64,000 nt of DNA, from the NCBI GenBank assembly GCA_963666365.2, contig CAXXNF010000002.1, positions 416,001 through 480,000 on the forward strand, read 5' to 3'. Positions within the stretch are counted from its first letter, which is position 1; each line of letters opens with the position of its first letter. Shown piece after piece: positions 56,481-64,000 of the stretch. The translations under genes were made by a program, and so were the position numbers. Below the pieces are notes generated by a model. It had not been told where the DNA came from, did not search any database, and saw only the letters and a list, made by a program, of their open reading frames with translations. This stretch comes from Syntrophales bacterium (GTDB lineage Bacteria; Desulfobacterota; Syntrophia; Syntrophales; UBA2210).

Positions 56481-57569
56481 TCACAGAGGGGATGTCTTCA
56501 GAGTGTACTGGATAATCACGTATGCCATATACAGCGCGAGAAGCCACGCTCCCTGCCATCGTTTAAAGGAGCCGTCGCGATTCATAAAAATAAATACTCG
56601 AAAAGAATAAAGAATAAGCAGCATTGCAGGAAAGTGAAAAAAATAAAAATTGCCGGGGACGGCAAGAGGTCGTACCACTGCTGATGCGCCGATTACAAAG
56701 AGACAGTTAAGAACGTCGGCGCCGACAATATTGCCGACAGTTATTTCGGGATGCCCTTTTCGTATCGCCGTAATGGCGGTAATCAATTCGGGAAGTGACG
56801 TGCCGAGGGCGACCATCGTGGCCGCGATGACATCGTTGGGCACTCCCAGTCGCAATGCCGTTTCGGCAGCGCAGGGGATCAGCCCCCTGGCGCCGACGAT
56901 CACAAAGGTAAGGCCGCCGATGATGTAGATCCAGCACTTCGGCAGGGGCCAGGGAGCGTGAGTCGGAAGAGTGTCTTCCAGAGGGGTGAGTATCAGTGAT
57001 TCACGGGCCCAGCGCATCGTAACGACGATGTAAAGCACAAGAAGGGTCAGGAACAAAATTCCCACCCACCGGGATAAAAAGGGGGCTTCCGGCGCCATGA
57101 CGAGGGATATGACGGCAATGAGGACGAGCAGCGTTGCCGATCCCACCTGCACCCACCCTGTCCGATTCAGGATATATCGGTTCGCCGGTGTTGCGGCGAT
57201 GAGACAGGTAAGGCCGAATATCAATCCTGTATCGGCAATGATAGAGCCGACCCCGTTCCCCAGGGCGAGGCCGGGATTTCCCATCCAGGCGGCGAGCACC
57301 GACACGAAAGCCTCGGGGGTCGTTGTTCCCAATGATACGATGGTGGCGCCGATGGCGATTTGGGATATGCCCGTTCGTGTTGCTATTGCCACGGCCCCGT
57401 CAACCATCCAATCGGCGCCTTTCGAGAGAATGGCGATACAGACGATGATCACGGTCAAGAGGAGCATTAGGGGAAGACCCGCGAACAGGTCGGCGAGCAG
57501 CGTTTCGTCCAAAAGCACCCGAAATAAATACATGCGTAAATTCTTCTTCCTTTCCCTGAGAGCGTTCAT
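56481..57569 (-). CDS. Calcium/sodium antiporter (CaCA family)
   Basis: Alpha repeats GTTTPE and GTSLPE; start uncertain. Confidence 0.92.
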   Translation of the reverse strand: MNALRERKKNLRMYLFRVLLDETLLADLFAGLPLMLLLTVIIVCIAILSKGADWMVDGAVAIATRTGISQIAIGATIVSLGTTTPEAFVSVLAAWMGNPGLALGNGVGSIIADTGLIFGLTCLIAATPANRYILNRTGWVQVGSATLLVLIAVISLVMAPEAPFLSRWVGILFLTLLVLYIVVTMRWARESLILTPLEDTLPTHAPWPLPKCWIYIIGGLTFVIVGARGLIPCAAETALRLGVPNDVIAATMVALGTSLPELITAITAIRKGHPEITVGNIVGADVLNCLFVIGASAVVRPLAVPGNFYFFHFPAMLLILYSFRVFIFMNRDGSFKRWQGAWLLALYMAYVIIQYTLKTSPL

Positions 57570-57773
57570 TCCCTTGGCGACATCCGGGATATGTTCCCGA
57601 GTATGCCACAGCGAATGATTCTCTTCAAGAAGAGTAATATATTATTGATTATTTACATAAAATATGTCATTCATTACCGGCTTTCGTCTTCACTGTACAG
57701 CGAAGCAGGCAGAAATGCTGAAAGTTCCTGAAATTAAAGCAGTATATTATCAAACTAGGGAGGACTCCATTCC

Positions 57774-58058
57774 ATGACACTCACAAAAGCGGATTTGGTC
57801 AAGGCCGTACAGTACCAGATTGATGTTCCGAACAACAAGGCGGCGGAGATATGCGAATCTGTCTTTGAAATTATCAAAGAATCTCTGGAACATGGTGAGG
57901 ACGTGATGATTTCCGGTTTCGGAAAATTCTCGGTGCGTGAAAAAAGTGCGCGCAGGGGAAGAAATCCGCAGACCGGGGAAAGCATGACGATAGAGGCCCG
58001 AAAAGTGGTGACCTTTAAAAACTCAGGAAAAATGAAGGAAAGGCTCTATAACGAGTAA
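57774..58058 (+). CDS. ihfA: Integration host factor alpha-like subunit
   Basis: MTLTKADL...ISGFGKF...GRNPQTGE. Confidence 0.88.
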   Translation: MTLTKADLVKAVQYQIDVPNNKAAEICESVFEIIKESLEHGEDVMISGFGKFSVREKSARRGRNPQTGESMTIEARKVVTFKNSGKMKERLYNE

Positions 58059-58141
58059 AGAACATCAGTCAATCTTCTTTCCGGAAGGCAGAGGAACGGG
58101 GATTCCCCGGTATTGTACCGTGAAACATATCGGATTGGTTA

Positions 58142-61100
58142 GTGATGCATTCAAGGGTACATTTCTATTCTTGCCGCGTCTTAAAAGTATTCCATGTAAT
58201 CCTGGTGGTTTTTTTCGCGATGTCTGTGCACTGTGCCGCGCACTCTCAGGTATCTCGTCCGGTGAAAGTCGGCATATATCAGAATGAACCAAAGGTATAC
58301 ATCGATTCGGAGGGCAGACCGGCCGGTTTTTTCCCGAAGATCTTGCGCTATATTGCAGAAAAAGAGGGATGGGAACTCCACTATATCCCCTGTACGTGGA
58401 ACGAGTGTCTGAATAAAGCCGAAAGCGGTCAGCTCGATCTCATAATGGATGTTGCCTATTCAGAAGCGCGTGCGAAAAGGTTTAAATTCAACCAGGAAGT
58501 GGTGATGATCAACTGGTCCCGGGTATATACGAGGGATGGCAGCACGATTCGCACCATTATAGATCTGGATGGCAAAAAAGTTGCCCTTGTCGAAGGCTCC
58601 ATTCAGGTCCGAAAGCTGCGTCAAGCTGCCCGGGAATACAACATTCAGCCGGAGTTCATCGAGACGAAAAGTTTTGCAGCCGTATTTGATCTGGTTGAAA
58701 GAGGCGTCGCCGACGCCGGTGTCGTCAACAGGCTTTTCGGCGCGCAGCAGAGGGGTAATTTCGGTATCCGTGCGACGGATATCCTGCTTAATCCTTCACG
58801 ACTGATGTTTGCCGGTTCAGATAAAATGGGTGATGCACTGCTTGACCGCATTGATCTTCATCTGAAAGAACTGAAACAGGATCCACAGTCACTTTATTAC
58901 TCCGCCCTTGAAGAAGCGCTGGCGCCCGCAAAAAAGCCTATCGCGGAGATTCTTTCCCTGAGCAGGGAAGAGTCGGCCTGGCTGAACGCGCATGGGGAAA
59001 TAAAGGTCGCCGTCAACAATGCATGGCCTCCAATGGACTATGTGAATGCAAAGGGCGTCCCCCGTGGGATAGGGGTCGCCTTTATACAGGCATTGAACAG
59101 TCGCCTGGGTGGCAGATTGAAGATCGTGCCTCTCAGCTGGATGGAGATGCTGGAGGACATACGAAAAAAACGCGTTGATGCAGTGATGGACATTACGCCG
59201 AGACCGGATAGAGAGTCCTTTGTACACTTTACGAAGCCCTACTGCACGGTTCCCCATGTCATTGTTGCGCGTAAAGACGGTCCCTATTATGGAGATCTTG
59301 CACAGCTTGAAGGTAAGACGGCAGGTGTGGAACGGGGGTTTTTTCTCGAAAGTGTGTTCAAGGAACGCTACCCTGCCATTGAAGTCACACTGTTCGAAAG
59401 CACCAGCGATGCCCTGGATGCGGTTTCAAAAGGGAGAATCGATGCCTATGTAGGGAATCGCGCCGTCGTCCTCTATATTATGGAACAGGAACTAATTGCG
59501 AATCTGGTTGTCCACGGCAAGATAGAGGAAACGGCGTCCGTCAATGCGATTGGTGTACGCAAGGATTGGCCCGAGCTTCGGGATATTCTGCAAAAGGCAC
59601 TGGATAGTCTTGACAAGAATGAAGAGAGTGCCATCTTCAGAACCGAGATCAACTTCTATGAAGAGTACAGAGGGAGAATTACACTTACCCCGCAGGAGAA
59701 GGCATGGATAACCACACATCCTGTACTCAGTCTCGGCTATGACGCTGACTGGCCGCCCATCGAATACGTCAATAAAGAAGGGCGCTATGCGGGGATGTCG
59801 TCGGAATTTATGAAACTGTTTGCCACGATTACCGGCATTGCCTTCAATCCGGTTGCACCGGGAAACTGGCAGGCTGCCATGGACGGCATCAAAAGGGGGA
59901 ACATAGATATCCTGTTGACGGTGGCCCCTACGCCTCAGCGAGAAAAATTCCTTCTCTTCAGTACACCCTATCTCAGTTTTCCCATGGTGATCGTAACCGA
60001 CCGGGAAGCCCCCTATATCAGCGATATGCAGGCGCTGAAGGGGAAAAAGGTTGTCGTCGTCGGCGCCCATGCCAGTCATGATATTTTGGAGGAGCGACAT
60101 CCGGAGCTCGATTTGGTGGCGGCTGCCACGGTAAAGGAGGGTCTGAATGCGGTGAAGCGTAGAAAGGCCTACGCATTCATCGGCAGCCTTGCAACCGTAA
60201 GCCACATGATCGCAAAGGAAGGTATGCTTACACTCAAGGTTGCCGGAGAAGTTCCCTACAAGTACGATCTCGCCGTCGGTGTGCACAAGAACCAGCCGGT
60301 ACTGGCGGGCATTATGCAGAAGGCCGTTGATGCAATTACCGCGGAGGACCGGAATGAGATCTATCAACGATGGATTGCGGTCACCTATGAACAGCATATG
60401 GATTACGCCCTGTTGGTGAAGATCGTCCTTGGGGCGCTTTTGTGCATCACAGCGGTGCTTTACTGGAACCGTCGCATGGCCCGCGAGATCGGCCTTCGGA
60501 AAAAGGCCGAAGGGGAACTCATGATCGCAAAGGACGTTGCCGAATCCGCCAACAGGGTAAAAAGCGCCTTTCTGGCCAGCATGTCGCATGAACTGCGCAC
60601 CCCGCTCAACTCTATCATCGGATTTACCGGCATCATACTCAACGAGATTGCCGGACCGCTCAACCTCGAGCAGAAGAAGCAGTTGAAAATGGTGAAGGGG
60701 AGCGCCGGCCATCTCCTGAATCTCATCAATGATGTTCTGGATATATCAAAGATAGAGGCGGGGGAACTGAAGCTATCCTGTGAGGAATTCAATATGCGCG
60801 ATGTCGTCGCGGAGGTTGCGGCATCGCTGGCGCCGATTGCCGGGCAGAAAGGATTGTCTTTTACTGTTGATATCGCACCGGATGTAGGCACGATGTTAAG
60901 CGATGAACGCCGTCTGCGGCAGGTGCTTATCAATCTTGTCAACAATGCGATCAAATTTACCGAAAAGGGATCGGTGCACGTTACCTGCGCGAGGCGCGAG
61001 TCCATGATGGATATCACCGTACGAGACAGTGGAATAGGAATCAAAGAGAAGGATATGGACAAGCTGTTTCATCCTTTTCAGCAACTCGACTCAGGAATAT

Positions 61101-61273
61101 CTCGCAGGTACGAGGGCACGGGCTTGGGATTGTCCGTGAGCAAGCACATTATTGAGATGCTGGGCGGCGCTGTTCATGTGGAAAGCCGATTCGGTGAGGG
61201 AAGCATTTTTACATTTACTGTACCGTTGGAGCCGAGAGGAGACGATGGAGAAAAAAAGAATTCTGATTATTGA
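58142..61273 (+). CDS. Sensor histidine kinase with three periplasmic binding-protein domains
   Basis: Three PBP-type domains, a TM helix, MSHELRTPLN and GTGLGL. Confidence 0.93.
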   Translation: MMHSRVHFYSCRVLKVFHVILVVFFAMSVHCAAHSQVSRPVKVGIYQNEPKVYIDSEGRPAGFFPKILRYIAEKEGWELHYIPCTWNECLNKAESGQLDLIMDVAYSEARAKRFKFNQEVVMINWSRVYTRDGSTIRTIIDLDGKKVALVEGSIQVRKLRQAAREYNIQPEFIETKSFAAVFDLVERGVADAGVVNRLFGAQQRGNFGIRATDILLNPSRLMFAGSDKMGDALLDRIDLHLKELKQDPQSLYYSALEEALAPAKKPIAEILSLSREESAWLNAHGEIKVAVNNAWPPMDYVNAKGVPRGIGVAFIQALNSRLGGRLKIVPLSWMEMLEDIRKKRVDAVMDITPRPDRESFVHFTKPYCTVPHVIVARKDGPYYGDLAQLEGKTAGVERGFFLESVFKERYPAIEVTLFESTSDALDAVSKGRIDAYVGNRAVVLYIMEQELIANLVVHGKIEETASVNAIGVRKDWPELRDILQKALDSLDKNEESAIFRTEINFYEEYRGRITLTPQEKAWITTHPVLSLGYDADWPPIEYVNKEGRYAGMSSEFMKLFATITGIAFNPVAPGNWQAAMDGIKRGNIDILLTVAPTPQREKFLLFSTPYLSFPMVIVTDREAPYISDMQALKGKKVVVVGAHASHDILEERHPELDLVAAATVKEGLNAVKRRKAYAFIGSLATVSHMIAKEGMLTLKVAGEVPYKYDLAVGVHKNQPVLAGIMQKAVDAITAEDRNEIYQRWIAVTYEQHMDYALLVKIVLGALLCITAVLYWNRRMAREIGLRKKAEGELMIAKDVAESANRVKSAFLASMSHELRTPLNSIIGFTGIILNEIAGPLNLEQKKQLKMVKGSAGHLLNLINDVLDISKIEAGELKLSCEEFNMRDVVAEVAASLAPIAGQKGLSFTVDIAPDVGTMLSDERRLRQVLINLVNNAIKFTEKGSVHVTCARRESMMDITVRDSGIGIKEKDMDKLFHPFQQLDSGISRRYEGTGLGLSVSKHIIEMLGGAVHVESRFGEGSIFTFTVPLEPRGDDGEKKNSDY

Positions 61274-61637
61274 AGACAATGAGCAGAACATGTATTTAAC
61301 GACCTATCTGCTGGAAAAACAAGGGTATGAAGTACTCCAGGCGCGTGACGGCAGGCACGGGCTGGAAGCAGCCGTGGAGGATCAGCCCGATCTTATCATC
61401 CTGGACATCCAGCTTCCCGTGATGAACGGATATGAAGTGGCCGCCCGATTGAAACAGGACGAAAGAACACAATCCATTCCCGTGGTCGCGGTGACTTCCT
61501 ATGCGATGGCCGGCGATCGCGAAGCGATTCTGGCAGCGGGATGCGAAGGGTACGTAGAAAAGCCGATAGACCCGGACGGGTTTGTCGCGCTGGTGAAGGG
61601 ATTTTTGAACCAGCAACAAAAGGAAGGGGCCCGATGA
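61245..61637 (+). CDS. Single-domain response regulator
   Basis: ILIIEDN, ILDIQLP and YVEKP. Confidence 0.92.
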   Translation: MEKKRILIIEDNEQNMYLTTYLLEKQGYEVLQARDGRHGLEAAVEDQPDLIILDIQLPVMNGYEVAARLKQDERTQSIPVVAVTSYAMAGDREAILAAGCEGYVEKPIDPDGFVALVKGFLNQQQKEGAR

Positions 61638-63673
61638 GCACGATACTTGTCGTCGATGACAATCAGGATAATTGTTACCTGCTTCAACAATGGCTTGAGG
61701 CGGGAGGGCATCAGGTAACCTGCGCGGAGGAAGGGAATCAGGCCTTGCACTGCGCCCGTCGCGAGACTCCGGAACTTATTATTTCGGACATAATGATGCC
61801 GGTAATGAACGGATTCAGGCTCTGTCACGAAATTAAAAAAGATCCCGCCTTGCGCCACATTCCTCTTATCTTTCTTACCGCCACCTTCGATGACAGTTCG
61901 GACCGGGCCCTTGCAATGAGCCTCGGCGCCTCCCGGTTTGTCATCAAGCCCATCGAAGAAACGGTGCTTCTGAAACTGATCGATGAGGTGATTGACGAGC
62001 AACAACAGGGGATGTTGCCGGTCCGAGACGCGCCGGCGGATACCGATCACCGGCTCCTCGAAATGTACGATAACAGTGTCGCGAGAAAACTGGAAAAAAC
62101 CCTGGAGTCGCTGAAGACCGAGCAGGAGGCGCTGATCGAATCCGAAAAACGGCTGAAGGAAGCCCAGGAACTCGCCCACATGGGTCACTGGGAGGTCGAT
62201 GTAAAAAGCAATCTCTATGAATGGTCCGATGAAGTGTTTCGTATCCTCGGATTGGCGCCGAGGGGGGGCAGGGCATCGTACAAAACATACATTACAAGGG
62301 TCCATCCGGAAGACAGGAGCTATGTCACGATTATTCACCGGGATGCACTGGTGAAAAAAACGCAACAGGACTTCGAGTACCGTTTGCTGTGTGAGGATGG
62401 GACAATCAAATATGTACATGAACGTCTGCAAACCATATATGATGATGAAGGACGCCCGCTCTATTTGATGGGTATACTGCAGGACATCACGGAACGCAAA
62501 AAAGCGGAGGAAGAGAGAGATACGCTGCAGGCGCAGCTGTTCCAGTCCCAGAAGATGGAGGCAATAGGCGTGCTGGCAGGGGGCGTGGCCCACGATTTCA
62601 ATAATCTGCTCACGACGATTATTGGGAATGCACAGCTCATTATAAGCGAGTTGTCGGAAAATCAGCCCCTCTACGGTGATCTGAAAGAGATCATAGATGC
62701 GGGAGAGCGGGGTGCAGTGCTCACCAAAAGACTGTTGACCTTCAGCCGCAGGGAGATGTATCAACCGGAGATTCTGGATCTTAATAAAGTGGTGCGCGGC
62801 ATAGAGAAGCTCCTCCGGCGGCTGATCAAAGCGAATGTAAAACTGCACACGGACCTGACGCCGGAACTGTGGAAGGTCAAGGCGGACATGGGACAGATTG
62901 ATCAAGTCATCATGAATCTGGGGATAAACGCCAGCGATGCCATGCCCGATGGGGGGGTGCTTGCTATTAAAACGGCGAACATCGAGTTCGGCGATGCCCC
63001 GCTGGGAAGCCCCGATGAGGGACCCTCGCCGGGATCCTATGTGATGCTTTCAGTTTCCGATACGGGCGCCGGCATGGATAGTGAAACCATGGCGCGGATG
63101 TTCGAGCCCTTTTTTACCACCAAGCCCAGAGGGAGCGGCACAGGGCTTGGACTGTCCACCGTTTACGGTATCATACATCAGAGCAAAGGCTATATCCGGC
63201 CCTTCAGCGTACCCGGCAAGGGGACAACCGTAAACGTCTATCTTCCAAGGGTGCACGATGGCGAAGCAAAGGAAAAGGAGGAAGGGGCGAACGAAGAGGA
63301 GAGACGGAGCGGGGGAGTGGTTCTTGTTGTTGACGATGAGGAGTCGCTCCGCCGGGTGATAGTGAAAGCGCTTCATAAGGAAGGCTACAGAGTCCTGGAG
63401 GCGGCCAATGGCGAGGACGCCCTCAGGATCTGCACGGCCTGCGGGAATAAGATTGATGCGCTGCTTACGGACGTAGTGATGCCGGGAATTGGCGGCACTG
63501 AACTCGCGGAGGAGCTAAAGTCCCGCCATCGGAACATCAAGGTGCTGTACATGTCCGGCTATTCAGAAAAGATACTTGTTCAAAAAGGGGTGAAGGTAAC
63601 GGACGCGAATTTCATACTCAAACCGTTTACACCCGATTCGCTCTGCAAAAAGCTGCGAGAGGCTACGAAATAA
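61634..63673 (+). CDS. Hybrid sensor kinase (REC-PAS-HK-REC)
   Basis: Receiver domains at both ends; AHDFNNLL H-box. Confidence 0.93.
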   Translation: MSTILVVDDNQDNCYLLQQWLEAGGHQVTCAEEGNQALHCARRETPELIISDIMMPVMNGFRLCHEIKKDPALRHIPLIFLTATFDDSSDRALAMSLGASRFVIKPIEETVLLKLIDEVIDEQQQGMLPVRDAPADTDHRLLEMYDNSVARKLEKTLESLKTEQEALIESEKRLKEAQELAHMGHWEVDVKSNLYEWSDEVFRILGLAPRGGRASYKTYITRVHPEDRSYVTIIHRDALVKKTQQDFEYRLLCEDGTIKYVHERLQTIYDDEGRPLYLMGILQDITERKKAEEERDTLQAQLFQSQKMEAIGVLAGGVAHDFNNLLTTIIGNAQLIISELSENQPLYGDLKEIIDAGERGAVLTKRLLTFSRREMYQPEILDLNKVVRGIEKLLRRLIKANVKLHTDLTPELWKVKADMGQIDQVIMNLGINASDAMPDGGVLAIKTANIEFGDAPLGSPDEGPSPGSYVMLSVSDTGAGMDSETMARMFEPFFTTKPRGSGTGLGLSTVYGIIHQSKGYIRPFSVPGKGTTVNVYLPRVHDGEAKEKEEGANEEERRSGGVVLVVDDEESLRRVIVKALHKEGYRVLEAANGEDALRICTACGNKIDALLTDVVMPGIGGTELAEELKSRHRNIKVLYMSGYSEKILVQKGVKVTDANFILKPFTPDSLCKKLREATK

Positions 63674-63848
63674 TAATCCCAAAACGTTCAGCAAAAAGAA
63701 ACGCAGCGCACCGCAATGGTGCCGTTTTTCCGTGCCACGCATTATTTCATTGACAGTGCACGTCTCTTTGTATAATTCCGCGTTGGAGTTGATTGCAGCA
63801 CAGATACATCGACGTAAATAAAATATTATATTGAGGAGGATTAAGAAC

Positions 63849-64000
63849 ATGAGACTAAAAGATAAAGTGGCGATTGTAACAGGTTCGGGACGAGGAATCG
63901 GCGAAGGAATCGTGATGCGCTTTGTCGAAGAAGGCGCAAAAGTTGTGGTGAATGATGTCAATGAGGCCGATGCGAATGCCGTCGTTGAAAAGGTAAAGGC
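63849..64000 (+). CDS. Short-chain dehydrogenase/reductase (runs off the window edge)
   Basis: MRLKDKVAIVTGSGRGIG with a GAGGAGG RBS. Confidence 0.9.
   Translation, partial: MRLKDKVAIVTGSGRGIGEGIVMRFVEEGAKVVVNDVNEADANAVVEKVK

Noticed and set aside
59492..62905. Long minus-strand ORFs (406 and 468 aa)
   Set aside because: Antisense shadows of well-supported kinase genes. The same applies to 7487-8341 and 11591-12424.

Overview
This window probably comes from an anaerobic Desulfobacterota/Syntrophales-type bacterium (inferred from gene content). The right half (~33.2-64 kb) is ordinary chromosome: signalling proteins, corA, tamB and an Omp85 gene, a DAK2-DegV fusion, a debranching enzyme, ubiE, padR with an acyl-CoA ligase, nnr and IHF. 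The left half is a genomic island ending at a duplicated 3' half of tRNA-Arg(TCT) (32798-32844). Next to this att site is a capsid-less phage-satellite-like core: integrase, XRE, AlpA/Xis, primase-helicase with internal iterons, and a DUF3102-like gene. The cargo has three notable parts. (1) An integron-type cassette array with at least 6 complete and 3 partial attC-like sites and an attI-like site, but no IntI. (2) A tyrosine recombinase plus IS91-type HUH transposase unit that is itself bounded like a cassette, with an orphan copy of its end 12 kb away. (3) A dispersed and tandem family of 10 units that appear non-coding. Each has constant flanks around a 15-nt palindrome (9 different sequences) and matches the palindromic segment inside the satellite's own DUF3102-like gene. 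An intact IS630, an intact IS66 and an IS630 relic are also present. All calls are by eye; no searches were run.
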